Part shown: positions 9,531 through 19,010 of the stretch, one piece after another
Numbering within the stretch: the stretch's first letter is position 1
Layout of the letters: the number at the start of each line of letters is the position of its first letter
Origin: an uncultured Clostridia bacterium
Lineage (GTDB): Bacteria; Bacillota; Limnochordia; Darwinibacteriales; DTU012
Direction: 5' to 3'
Assembly: GCA_900019385.1 (NCBI GenBank)
Contig: FIZJ01000003.1
Coordinates: 42,744 to 106,743 of the forward strand
Length of the DNA stretch: 64,000 nt
Made by a program: the position numbers and the translations under genes
Notes under the pieces: model-generated
Database searches by the model: none
The model's input: the letters and a program-made list of their open reading frames with translations, nothing else
Told to the model about the DNA's origin: nothing

Positions 9531-10352
9531 TCAGCGCTGCACCAGGTCAGAGCGGCCCAGAGCGTCGAGGAACCTCAAGATTGGTGTCTGTTCAATAACC
9601 ACTGTCAAAGAGCCTTTCTCGGCATAGAGGTGAACGCAGGCCAAAAAAGCGAGAACAGCAAGTTTGGCCGAGCCTGGCGCTCCCATCACCCCAAGGCCCA
9701 AAAGGGCTCCCAGCACATTCGCGCCTACGTCCCCCATCATCGCCTCTCCCCGCAGGTCCCATGGCAAATAAGCCAGTACACTGGCAATGGCGACAAGCAT
9801 CACTTGGGAATAAGGGCCGGCAGTGGCAAACGGCAGCGCCGCCAGCAGAAAGAATTTGCCAGACCTGCCCGGTCGCACATCCAGCAGATTGGCAAGGTTG
9901 GCCCCCAAAGCCATATTGAGCGCATTGAGCAAAATGTCCGCAAGGCCTTTGGAACTGGGAGTCGCCGCCAAAACAGCGACAACCATGCCAAAGGCCGCTT
10001 TTAGGGCCCCGGTGGTGAGATAACCGTGCCGCAGCGTGCGAAAATGGCCTAAAAACCCTTTGGCCTCGCGGCTGCCGAGGGTGTCGTCGATCAAGCCGAG
10101 AAATGCGAATCCCAATACCGTTATAATGGCTGTCGATCCCTCGAGCCTTGGGATGTGTCCAAACAGCAGCATGGCGGTGACAGCAGGAATCACCGTCAAA
10201 CTAAAAACCAGCCCCAATCCCACAGGAATATCCCGGTTCTGGTAATTGAGCGCAGTCTGCCTCGGCCTGATCATTCTGATCAACACCGGCACCAAGCATA
10301 CTGTGGCTGCATAAACTACGGCGAAATAAAGGATGGCCCAAAACACGTTCAA
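9531..10352 (-). CDS. glycosyltransferase family 4 polyprenyl-phosphate sugar-1-phosphate transferase (MraY/WecA-like)
   Basis: Multi-TM protein with GLIDD motif; TTG start overlaps the upstream stop (TTGA) with GGAGG RBS. Confidence 0.7.
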   Translation of the reverse strand: MNVFWAILYFAVVYAATVCLVPVLIRMIRPRQTALNYQNRDIPVGLGLVFSLTVIPAVTAMLLFGHIPRLEGSTAIITVLGFAFLGLIDDTLGSREAKGFLGHFRTLRHGYLTTGALKAAFGMVVAVLAATPSSKGLADILLNALNMALGANLANLLDVRPGRSGKFFLLAALPFATAGPYSQVMLVAIASVLAYLPWDLRGEAMMGDVGANVLGALLGLGVMGAPGSAKLAVLAFLACVHLYAEKGSLTVVIEQTPILRFLDALGRSDLVQR

Positions 10353-11029
10353 GGATGCCTCCAAGCATGGTAAAGAACTTTTATTACCTGCCACAACTGC
10401 CTGCCTCTATGGCAAAATCCGGCCAGGCTTCGGTTTGTCGCCCGGTGTGTCAGGGGCAGTTCGATCTCCACCACCCGGTAACCGCGGCGCAGAGCATTGA
10501 TCGTCAGTGCCGCCTCAACTCCAAAGCCGGAAGCAAAACCACCGCAGTCTGCCAGCACCTTGTGACGGACCGCCCGCTGCCCCGACAATGGGCTGCGGAA
10601 TTCCCTTCCTGTAAGTCGTTTGATACCCCATCCAGCGACCGCCTTGGCTGTTCCGAAACCCATCTTGCCTCCCGAATCGGTTTGCTCATCACCGAAGGCG
10701 GCGATGCTCATATCTGCCTTATCCTCCAGCAGCGGCTTAAGCAGTGCCCCGGCATAGAAGGCGCTGGAACGCAGATCCGCGTCGAGCAAGAGGTAAATAT
10801 CGGCAGGAAAGGTACGCCAACCGGCATTCAGGGCCTCACCTTTGCCCTGGTTACGGGGCAGATCAATCACGTCCACAGGATAGCGGCGGGCGATCTGAGT
10901 GGTGGCGTCGGTGGATCCGTCGTTGATCACCACAATTTGACCTACCGAGTCAATCCTGGCCACAGCTTCGATTGTCTCGCCGATCCGATCAGCTTCGTTG
11001 TAGGCGGGAATCAACGCTGTCACCTTCAT
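10349..11029 (-). CDS. glycosyltransferase family 2 (polyprenyl-phosphate sugar synthase-like, soluble)
   Basis: ALIPAYNEA...INDGSTD...DADL GT-A motifs; start MKVTAL 5 nt after the upstream stop. Confidence 0.8.
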   Translation of the reverse strand: MKVTALIPAYNEADRIGETIEAVARIDSVGQIVVINDGSTDATTQIARRYPVDVIDLPRNQGKGEALNAGWRTFPADIYLLLDADLRSSAFYAGALLKPLLEDKADMSIAAFGDEQTDSGGKMGFGTAKAVAGWGIKRLTGREFRSPLSGQRAVRHKVLADCGGFASGFGVEAALTINALRRGYRVVEIELPLTHRATNRSLAGFCHRGRQLWQVIKVLYHAWRHP

Positions 11030-11033
11030 GCTG

Positions 11034-11747
11034 TCACTCCGCATCCAGCGCCGGTAGGAGAGCAGTGGCGCTGCCGCGGCCGTAGACCCCGGTTGCGCCG
11101 GCACTAAGCCCCCAGACCATGGCAAGTTCTCCAAGATAAGTGTCACCGATATTGATTACCAGTGCGTCCTGCCCATAATCAGCCAGGTTTGTCCCGGAAG
11201 TGAAAGGCTGCAGAATGCATACCTGCCACTTGAGGGTTTTCATGTAGTCGAGCACCTGTTTAGCCTCGCCTTGAAACTCTTGGTCAACCCAGGCCACAGC
11301 AATCGGGTTTTCCAGGTTCAGTGCCGCAAGCTCGGCAGCAAAAGTCTCCACGTCATCAGCTTCGCTCGGCCACCGGTAAGCGGCGTGAATCTTGGCTCCG
11401 GCATCGTTTAGGACAGTGGCCAGGCGCTTTGCCGATGTGCTGTCTGTGTTGGTGAACAGGACAATTTGGCGATCTGAGAGCATTCCGGCGATCAACGCGC
11501 CGCGAATTAGTGCCCAACCCTCGTTGAGCAGTGCTTCCTTCAACTCCGCTTGTCTAAGATCCGCCTGCAGTTCTTTGGTCTTGTTCTGCAGTTGGGCAAA
11601 CTTGCTCTCCAGCTCGTTGATAATACTGTTCTGCTCCTTGACGAGCAAGTCGTCCTGGAAGATGATGCTGCCTACCAGGATTCCCAGAAACAGGCTGAAG
11701 AAAACCGCCACCAAAGTGGCCACATGATACCGAAAGCCGATGTGCAC
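11034..11747 (-). CDS. SteB/MctB-like ('copper transporter' family) membrane protein with N-terminal TM and coiled coil
   Basis: TM helix plus coiled-coil (ELESKFAQLQNKTKELQADLRQAELKEALLNE); located directly downstream of the steA-like gene with a 3-nt gap. Confidence 0.5.
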   Translation of the reverse strand: MHIGFRYHVATLVAVFFSLFLGILVGSIIFQDDLLVKEQNSIINELESKFAQLQNKTKELQADLRQAELKEALLNEGWALIRGALIAGMLSDRQIVLFTNTDSTSAKRLATVLNDAGAKIHAAYRWPSEADDVETFAAELAALNLENPIAVAWVDQEFQGEAKQVLDYMKTLKWQVCILQPFTSGTNLADYGQDALVINIGDTYLGELAMVWGLSAGATGVYGRGSATALLPALDAE

Positions 11748-11750
11748 TGG

Positions 11751-12872
11751 TCACAACCCTCCTAAGAACAGCCTCAGCTCCAGCCAGAAAAGCCTGAAGA
11801 GATCCCGCCAAGATGTCGCCAGCGCCAACAGCAGAATCACTGGGATCAATGCGGCAATCAAGAGCGGAACATGGAGCAGTCCTGATCTTCCGGTGTACAG
11901 CCTGCTGACCCCCTTGGCATCCACCAGAATCGACCCTACTTTCATCCTGGTCAAAAACGTCGAAGCCATACCCTGCCTGCCTTTTTCCAAAAAGTCAATC
12001 AGGTTTGAATGCAGCCCTACCGCCACAATCAGCTGCGCTCCCGACTCATAGGCCAAAAGCAGCGCGATGTCTTCGCTGGTCCCTGGAGCGGGAAACACTT
12101 TGTAGTCGACATCCAGCTCACTCAGCCTCCGCGCGCCCGGGCTTCTCCCATCCTGATAGGCGTGGACCAGGATTTCCGCACCGCAGCGAAGGGCTTCCTC
12201 TGTGACACTGTCCATATCGCCGATGATCAGGTCCGGTTTCAACCCGAACTCCAGCAGTGCGTCCGCACCACCGTCGACACCGATCAACACCGGCTTCATG
12301 TCTTCGATATAGGCGGCGATTGCTTCCAGATCCGCCCGATAACTGGCGCCCCGCACCACGATCACCACATGCTTGTCGAGAAGTTTGGTCCGGATCTTGG
12401 GAATAATCATCCTGTCCAGGATCAGATCCTTTTCCTTCTGCACATGAGCAATGGTATTGTCCACGAACTTGGAAACTTCCAAGTCCAGATTCTTACGGGC
12501 CTGTTCCATCATCTGCTCGATCAATTCAGGTGTGAGCATGCGCCCACGGGCCACAAGCTCCCCGCCGCGGTAAATTTTGTCACCGCTGATTCGGAGGTAG
12601 TCCCCGTTCTGGACTAGTTCGAACACTCTTTCTCCCAGACAGTCGATGATGGAAACACCGCACTCCGACAGAAGCTGAGGGCCCAGGTTTGGATAACGCC
12701 CTGTGATGGAGTCGGCGGCGTTGAGGACCACACGGACGCCGCAGTCAACGAGCTGCTGAGCTCCCAAGGCATCAAGATCAGCATGATCAATGATGGGGAT
12801 CTCTCTTGGTTGGAGGCACTTGACCAATTCTTTGGTTTTTCGGCCCAGTCGTGCTCTGCCGCTGTGATCCAT
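11751..12872 (-). CDS. SteA-like protein with thiamin-pyrophosphokinase-like domain and C-terminal TM
   Basis: TPK-catalytic-like motifs GVDGGADAL / IIGDMDSV; C-terminal hydrophobic helix; start uncertain (ATG 12872 or GTG 12881). Confidence 0.65.
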   Translation of the reverse strand: MDHSGRARLGRKTKELVKCLQPREIPIIDHADLDALGAQQLVDCGVRVVLNAADSITGRYPNLGPQLLSECGVSIIDCLGERVFELVQNGDYLRISGDKIYRGGELVARGRMLTPELIEQMMEQARKNLDLEVSKFVDNTIAHVQKEKDLILDRMIIPKIRTKLLDKHVVIVVRGASYRADLEAIAAYIEDMKPVLIGVDGGADALLEFGLKPDLIIGDMDSVTEEALRCGAEILVHAYQDGRSPGARRLSELDVDYKVFPAPGTSEDIALLLAYESGAQLIVAVGLHSNLIDFLEKGRQGMASTFLTRMKVGSILVDAKGVSRLYTGRSGLLHVPLLIAALIPVILLLALATSWRDLFRLFWLELRLFLGGL

Positions 12873-12889
12873 CGCCCGCACCCCAATAA

Positions 12890-12932
12890 AAAGCGTAAGG
12901 ACGAAGAAAATGCTCTCCGTCCTTCCTAATAT
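12890..12932 (-). terminator. rho-independent terminator after spo0A
   Basis: AAGGACGgagagcattttctTCGTCCTTacgCTTTTTATT on the minus strand. Confidence 0.6.
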
Positions 12933-12954
12933 TGACCATTGCCTGCAGGTTTAG

Positions 12955-13707
12955 TCATGGGAGGGAAAACCTCATCTTGATAATGTCTGCCATTTTGGCG
13001 ATAAAAGCAGAATTGGTAGGCTTGCCTTTAGCCGGGTCTATCGCATAGGGAAAAAGTGTGTGCAGTTGGTCGAGATCCCCCTTGGTCCATGCCGCGTCGA
13101 TGGCATAGCGGATCGCCCGCTCCACCTGGCCCGCCGTGGCCCCATGCTGCCTGGCCACAGCTGGGTATAGGTGTTTGGTGATTCCGTTCAACCATGATTG
13201 ATCCTGACTGGCGAGGAGAACTGCGTCAAGCAGATAATGGTAGCCCTGATAATGCGGCGGTATTCCGAGCCGGCTCAGGCAATCCGCCGCGAACTGCTGG
13301 ATGTGGGCACGAGCCCGGCCGTAACGGGAGTTTAACTCAGCGCTGTGGTAGTAATGGACGAGCTTGATTCTCTCAACCAAGGTCTCTGGCTGGAATGGCT
13401 TGATCAGATAATAGGCCGCTCCCACTTCGCGCAGCTTGTGCACAAACCGGTCATCCTCGATTCTCGACATCACCAGGACTTGAGCCTCAGGCTGCCGCTC
13501 AATGAGTGCCTGAATCAGGCCGATGCCCCGCTCAACGGGATGCATGCAGTCCATAACCACAACATGCGGCTGAATGCCCGCTGCCAGATCCAACAAGTCC
13601 TGGTCACCTTCAGCTGCGAACACCTTGATGTCATCGCCGCGCTGGAGTTTTTCCCGGAGCATGCGGCAGAATTCCTGATCGTCATCGCGAAGCACAACCT
13701 TGATCAA
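12955..13707 (-). CDS. spo0A: stage 0 sporulation master regulator Spo0A
   Basis: REC domain (DDDQEF, VVVMDCMHP, LIKPF) plus Spo0A-specific C-terminal ...VERAIRYAIDAAWTKGDLDQLHTLFPY...KPTNSAFIAKMAD; TTG start with GGGAGGTG RBS. Confidence 0.92.
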   Translation of the reverse strand: MIKVVLRDDDQEFCRMLREKLQRGDDIKVFAAEGDQDLLDLAAGIQPHVVVMDCMHPVERGIGLIQALIERQPEAQVLVMSRIEDDRFVHKLREVGAAYYLIKPFQPETLVERIKLVHYYHSAELNSRYGRARAHIQQFAADCLSRLGIPPHYQGYHYLLDAVLLASQDQSWLNGITKHLYPAVARQHGATAGQVERAIRYAIDAAWTKGDLDQLHTLFPYAIDPAKGKPTNSAFIAKMADIIKMRFSLP

Positions 13708-13776
13708 CTGCAGGCACCTCCCATCCTCGGCACTCTGAAAATTCGCTAAACGGTGCCTGATTCCTGCCGCCCTCCA

Positions 13777-15063
13777 CTAACTGGCCTTTGCCAGGCTTTC
13801 GCTAATTCCTGATTCGTATACCATCCATTCTATGAATCCTCCATAGCCCATCCGCGGATCATTGACAAAGACATGGGTAATGGCGCCGATCAGTTTCCCG
13901 TTCTGCACAATCGGGCTGCCGCTCATGCCTTGAATGATGCCTCCTGTTGTGCCGAGGAGGACAGGATCCGTCACCCTCAGGATCATCCCTTTGTCATCAG
14001 GCTGGGATTGGCGGTAAACCTTGGTGATTTCCACATCGAACTCCTGAATCCGGTCCCCGTCGATAACCGTGTAGATTTTGGCAGGGCCTGGCTTGACCTC
14101 ATGGTTGAAGGCGATGGGAATCGGCGCGGTGAAATAAGGGTTGTCCAGTTTGGCCGAAAGATGCCCGAAAATGCCGAACTTGGAGTTCTTGTCGATTGAG
14201 CCGATGACAGCGTCATCCACAAAAACACCCAGCTTTTCCCCGGGCATGCCCCGCATTCCCTGCCTGATACTCTCGATGCTGGCACTTACAATACTGCCGT
14301 CGGTAATCTCCACACTGCGGCCAAGGCTGTCGGTGATCGTATGGCCCAAAGCACCGTATCTTCCTGAATCATGATCGAAGAAGGTCAGTGTCCCCACACC
14401 GCTGGCGGGGTCCTCCAAGAACACTCCCATCAGGTAAACCTGGCGCTGTCCGCCCTTGAAATCTTCCTGCAGCGACAATACTGGTCTGATCACGGTTGTC
14501 ATCGGCTCTCCATACCGCTGGTATTCAACGGTGAGAGTCTGGAATTTTGGCGCAAGCTCATTGATGATCTGCCCCACTTGCTCCGGGCGGGTGACTTTTC
14601 TGCCATTGATAGCTGTAATCAAATCCCCCGGCTGCAGCCCTGCCTCCACCGCGGGGTAATACTCTCCACCGTCAATACCCTTCACGGGTACTATGCGGCT
14701 GATCACCAATCCGACTGGGTTGACCATTACCCCGATGGAATGGCCCCCGGGAAAAAGCAGCACTTCCGGGACCACATCCACCACCAGTTCCCTCACAGGG
14801 ATAAAGCCGAACAGATACAGCTGAAAATGCTGTTTGCCAACTTGATCCGCCCGTAAAAAAAACTTCCCCTCCGGTGTGGGGACATGCAAGCCATCGCCGT
14901 CCACCAACCGGAATGGAAGTTGAACTGACAATGAAAGTTCGGTCCCAGGAAACAGCCTGATTTCGCCGGGAATCCCTGACATACTCGCCAAAGCCAATGT
15001 GGAAAGCAATCCAAACCCGATTAGTGCAGGTATGAGTAGCAGCCAATAGTACCGTTTGTTCAC
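13777..15063 (-). CDS. spoIVB: SpoIVB peptidase (S55, PDZ + Ser protease)
   Basis: PDZ segment (...GDLITAINGRKV...) and S55 catalytic region (TLTFFDHDSGRYGALGH, VNDPRMGYGGFI); N-terminal TM; GTG start after AGGGGAG. Confidence 0.9.
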   Translation of the reverse strand: MNKRYYWLLLIPALIGFGLLSTLALASMSGIPGEIRLFPGTELSLSVQLPFRLVDGDGLHVPTPEGKFFLRADQVGKQHFQLYLFGFIPVRELVVDVVPEVLLFPGGHSIGVMVNPVGLVISRIVPVKGIDGGEYYPAVEAGLQPGDLITAINGRKVTRPEQVGQIINELAPKFQTLTVEYQRYGEPMTTVIRPVLSLQEDFKGGQRQVYLMGVFLEDPASGVGTLTFFDHDSGRYGALGHTITDSLGRSVEITDGSIVSASIESIRQGMRGMPGEKLGVFVDDAVIGSIDKNSKFGIFGHLSAKLDNPYFTAPIPIAFNHEVKPGPAKIYTVIDGDRIQEFDVEITKVYRQSQPDDKGMILRVTDPVLLGTTGGIIQGMSGSPIVQNGKLIGAITHVFVNDPRMGYGGFIEWMVYESGISESLAKAS

Positions 15064-15134
15064 ACCCGGATACTCCCCTCGCAAAAATCATCTGCTTGTA
15101 TCGTACCCGGGTTGGTTTGGTTATATTTCAGGAA

Positions 15135-16805
15135 CTAGCTGGTATTCGCCTGTTTCAACAGCTCTTTGGCGTGGGCGGCGGTGGCTTCTTGGCCCGATTG
15201 CCCCCCCAGCATCCGCACCAACTCATCAATTCTTTCCTGCTCATCCAAGAGAGTTACAGAGACACTGGTCCTACCGTCCTTCTCGTGCTTTTCCACATAG
15301 TAATGATGCTCGGCAAAACTGGCGACCACAGGCAGGTGTGTCACGACAAACACCTGGAACTGCCTGCTTAAGTGCCGCAGCTTCTGAGCCACACTGCGGG
15401 CGGTCCGGCCGCCGATCCCGCTGTCCACTTCATCAAAAACTAGAGCCGGAATCCGATCGATCTCCACCAGGCAGTTCTTCAGCGCCAGCATGACGCGGGA
15501 CATTTCACCACCTGACGCGATTTTTGCCAGCGGTTTCAGCTCTTCGCCCACATTTGGCGCAATCATGAACTCCACCGCATCGATGCCTGTCTCGTTCAGA
15601 GGCTGATCTGTAATCCGCACCTCGAACCTGGTGCCTTCCATGTTCAGGTCCGCCAAATGCTTCTCTATCTGCTGCTGCAGAATCTTGGCATAGTGCCGCC
15701 GCTTTTGCCTCAGCTCACCGGCAAGCCCGGCCAGTTCCCGGTTGATGGCTTCTTCTTCCGTTTTCAGTTTCTCAATCGTGATTTCACTCTCGAGAAGCAC
15801 CTCTAGCTCCTGCCTGATTTGGTCGGCATAAGCCAGTATTGCCGCTTCACTTTCGCCGTACTTGCGCTTCAGTGTCCTTAGAAGAGCCAGCCTGTTCTCA
15901 ATCTGCTCCAGCGCCTCAGGATCCCGATCGAACTCTTCGAGGTATTGGCGCAGATCCCGGGATCCTTCCTCAAGCTGGATCAGGGCTTGGTTGAACAGCT
16001 CAAGAACAGGCGCGATCTTAGAATCATAGCGGGTCAGGGAACTGAGTTCGGTGACAGCCTGAGCCAGCTGATCGTACAACGGCGGCTGATCTGTGTGTTC
16101 CTGCAGCCTGGCATAAACACTTTCAGCTGTGGTGGTGATCCGCTCGATGTTGGCCAGGCGCTGCTGCTGCTGCACCAGTTCCGCTTCCTCCCCGACTCTC
16201 AACTTGGCCTGATCAATTTCATTGATCTGAAACTGCAGCAGATCAATGCGGACCAACCGCTCCCGTTCCTGATTCTGGAGGCGCTCCCTTTCTCTCTTGA
16301 TTTCAATGTATTTCTGATGCCTGTCCGCCACCAACCGGCGCAGGTCTTGCAGTTCGGCCCCGCCAAAGGCATCGAGCATGTCCAGATGACGCGAGACATC
16401 AAGCAGGCTTTGATGATCGTGCTGGCCAAGGATGTCCACTAAAGCTCTTCCAAGCTGTGAAAGCTGGTTGACCGTCACCAGGCTGCCGTTCAGCCAGCAG
16501 CGGTTCCGCCCACTGCGGTGAATTTCGCGGGTGATGATCAGTTCCGAATCGATACCGATCCCCCACTCGGCAAGCAGGGGACAAACTGGCTGCGGTATGC
16601 TGAAAACACCCTCAACCACCGCCCGTTCACAGCCGGTGCGGATCATCTCCAACGAAGCCCGGGCCCCCAACAGCAAACTCAAAGCATCGATGATGATGGA
16701 TTTCCCGGCCCCGGTTTCGCCGGTGAGCACGCTGAAACCTTCGTAAAACGACAAATGAACTTGTTCAATGAGGGCAAAATCCCGAATCTGCAGTTCTTTC
16801 AGCAT
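15135..16805 (-). CDS. recN: DNA repair protein RecN
   Basis: LTGETGAGKS Walker A, long coiled coil, C-terminal ...LVFDEVDSGIGG... Confidence 0.92.
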   Translation of the reverse strand: MLKELQIRDFALIEQVHLSFYEGFSVLTGETGAGKSIIIDALSLLLGARASLEMIRTGCERAVVEGVFSIPQPVCPLLAEWGIGIDSELIITREIHRSGRNRCWLNGSLVTVNQLSQLGRALVDILGQHDHQSLLDVSRHLDMLDAFGGAELQDLRRLVADRHQKYIEIKRERERLQNQERERLVRIDLLQFQINEIDQAKLRVGEEAELVQQQQRLANIERITTTAESVYARLQEHTDQPPLYDQLAQAVTELSSLTRYDSKIAPVLELFNQALIQLEEGSRDLRQYLEEFDRDPEALEQIENRLALLRTLKRKYGESEAAILAYADQIRQELEVLLESEITIEKLKTEEEAINRELAGLAGELRQKRRHYAKILQQQIEKHLADLNMEGTRFEVRITDQPLNETGIDAVEFMIAPNVGEELKPLAKIASGGEMSRVMLALKNCLVEIDRIPALVFDEVDSGIGGRTARSVAQKLRHLSRQFQVFVVTHLPVVASFAEHHYYVEKHEKDGRTSVSVTLLDEQERIDELVRMLGGQSGQEATAAHAKELLKQANTS

Positions 16806-16816
16806 CCTTCGTCACC

Positions 16817-17302
16817 TCAGTGGCCGTAAAGCAGGTCTTCCAGTCTGCGGTACAGTTCTCCAGCGACGCCCTTGGGCCTTTTCAGGCTCTGCTCGGCTTC
16901 GCTGCGCACCACCAAAAATATCACATCGTCGCCGGCCAAAGATGCAATCACACCTTCCCACTGCAGCTCGTCCAAAACAGCCGCCACTGCGTTCGCGCCC
17001 CCGGGATATGTCTTGATGATCAGCAGATTGCCGCTGAAATCAATTCCCCGAACGTAGTCCTCAAAGACCCGCCGGGCGCGCCGGTTTAGATCGCCTTTGC
17101 CAGCACCCTGCGGCAGGGCGTACTTGTAGCCGCCTTTCCCATCGGGGACCTTGGCCAGCCGCAGTTCTTTAATATCCCTGGACACAGTGGCCTGAGTCAC
17201 CCTGAACCCAGCTTGATGCAGATATCCCATCAGTTCTTCCTGGGTTTCAACGGCCCGGTCTTTGATCAGTTGTAAAAGATACTGTTGACGCCTGCTTTTC
17301 AC
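16817..17302 (-). CDS. argR: arginine repressor
   Basis: Winged-helix N-terminus (RQQYLLQLI...TQATVSRDIKEL) and ArgR C-terminal DD/GD motifs. Confidence 0.9.
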   Translation of the reverse strand: MKSRRQQYLLQLIKDRAVETQEELMGYLHQAGFRVTQATVSRDIKELRLAKVPDGKGGYKYALPQGAGKGDLNRRARRVFEDYVRGIDFSGNLLIIKTYPGGANAVAAVLDELQWEGVIASLAGDDVIFLVVRSEAEQSLKRPKGVAGELYRRLEDLLYGH

Positions 17303-18186
17303 TGGTCGTAATCCTTTCTGCTCATGATTGTTTTTAACCGGCTATTGAGAATCGTGAAAAAATTCCGCTCCTGCAGCTTGACAAATCTGGCCTTGACGTC
17401 AGCCTTGGTTACTTCCACTTGATCACCGCTCTGAAGAGGAAACCCCGCCTGCCCGTCGATGGTCAGCATGATATCTTTATGGCTCGCTTCCACAATGACC
17501 TTGACCACAGCATCGTGATGGACAATCACGGAGCGGGCCGCCAGAGTGTGCGGACAAATCGGCGTGATAATCAGGCAATCCAACTGCGGTTCGACAATCG
17601 GACCCCCGGCCGAGAGTGAATAAGCCGTAGAACCGGTCGGAGTCGCCACGATGATTCCATCGGCTTGATAGTCCACAACCGGCTGATTGTCCACAAGCGT
17701 TCTCACCTGGATGATCCTGGCAAAAGTGCCGCGGGCGATCACCGCGTCATTCAAAGCCCTGTAGCTTGCCACCGTTTGGCCGCCGCGGATGATCCTACAT
17801 GTGATAAACATTCGTTCTTCTATTTTGTATTCCTTGTTAATCAGGGCTGCCAAAGCAAACTCCAGCTTATCGGTTTCCAACTCTGTCAGGAAACCAAGAT
17901 GGCCCACATTTACGCCTAGAATCGGCAGCTCATACTCGGCAGCATCCCTTGCTGCCCTGAGCAGCGTTCCGTCCCCTCCCAACACCAATAGGACATCCAG
18001 CTCCGCAAGCTGCCCCGGCTTCCAGGGAAGATCCGCCCGGTGAATCAGCTGCGCCGCCTTCGGATCCACCCAAGGTGTGATTCCCCGTGCCTCCAAGTAT
18101 TCAACGGCCTGTTTTGTCAGCGCCAGTGCCTGCTTCTTCCCTATATGCGGCATGATGCCAAGCCTGATCAGAATCTCCACCCCCAT
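17299..18186 (-). CDS. nadK: NAD kinase
   Basis: GGDGTLLRAARD, ...DGIIVATPTGSTAYSLSAGGPIV... Confidence 0.92.
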   Translation of the reverse strand: MGVEILIRLGIMPHIGKKQALALTKQAVEYLEARGITPWVDPKAAQLIHRADLPWKPGQLAELDVLLVLGGDGTLLRAARDAAEYELPILGVNVGHLGFLTELETDKLEFALAALINKEYKIEERMFITCRIIRGGQTVASYRALNDAVIARGTFARIIQVRTLVDNQPVVDYQADGIIVATPTGSTAYSLSAGGPIVEPQLDCLIITPICPHTLAARSVIVHHDAVVKVIVEASHKDIMLTIDGQAGFPLQSGDQVEVTKADVKARFVKLQERNFFTILNSRLKTIMSRKDYDQ

Positions 18187-18998
18187 TTGTTAAGCTCCTG
18201 ATCAGCGGCCACAGCCTTTAGTGTCTCCTCCACAAGCTGGGTATGATCAATGATCGGAGCCAGTTTGCCAAAATACGACAAGTATTCGATATTCCCCTCT
18301 GGGCCGAGGATCGGCGAATAGTCAAGGTTGATAAGGCCTGCGCCGCATTCCTGCAGCTCTTTCACAAGCTCGAGCAGCAGCCGCTGGTGGACGCCGGGAT
18401 CCCGTACGACCCCCTTTTTTCCCACCAACTCTCTGCCGACTTCAAATTGGGGCTTAATCAAGGCGACGACTCGGCCTTGGTCTGTTAGCAGCCGCAGCAA
18501 GCTGCCGAAAAATTTGGTCAGGGAGATAAAGGAAACATCAACCACTGCTAAATCCGCCAGTTCATCCAGGGCATCTTTTGCCAGGTAGCGGATGTTGGTC
18601 CGCTCCATCACCACGACACGGGGATCGTTCCTCAACTTCCAGTCCAACTGCCCATACCCCACATCCACCGCGTACACCTTGGCAGCGCCGTTTTGAAGCA
18701 GGCAGTCGGTGAATCCTCCAGTGGATGCTCCCACGTCGATAGCGGTCAGGCCCCGGACATCAATTTGGAAGACGTCCAGCGCTTTGGCCAGTTTTAACCC
18801 GCCGCGGCTGACGTAGGGATGGAGACTGCCCCGAACCTCGATCAAGGCTTCGAGATCCACTGAAGTGCCTGGCTTTTCGGTCTTTTTGCCATCAACATAG
18901 ACTAACCCAGCCATGATTGACCGCCGAGCTTGTTCCCGCGAAGAGAACAAACCTTTGTCCACCAAAAGCTGGTCGATACGCTTCTTTGCCTTGGCCAT
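18168..18998 (-). CDS. tlyA: TlyA-family rRNA 2'-O-methyltransferase (hemolysin A)
   Basis: S4 domain (RIDQLLVDKGLFSSREQARRSIMAGLVYV) plus FtsJ-like MTase (DVGASTGGFTD). Confidence 0.9.
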   Translation of the reverse strand: MAKAKKRIDQLLVDKGLFSSREQARRSIMAGLVYVDGKKTEKPGTSVDLEALIEVRGSLHPYVSRGGLKLAKALDVFQIDVRGLTAIDVGASTGGFTDCLLQNGAAKVYAVDVGYGQLDWKLRNDPRVVVMERTNIRYLAKDALDELADLAVVDVSFISLTKFFGSLLRLLTDQGRVVALIKPQFEVGRELVGKKGVVRDPGVHQRLLLELVKELQECGAGLINLDYSPILGPEGNIEYLSYFGKLAPIIDHTQLVEETLKAVAADQELNKWGWRF

Positions 18999-19010
18999 GG
19001 TCCTCGTCCT

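Noticed and set aside
12009-12617. 202-aa +strand ORF inside the steA region
   Set aside because: Antisense to the well-supported SteA-like CDS; no RBS; probably produced by GC-rich codon bias.
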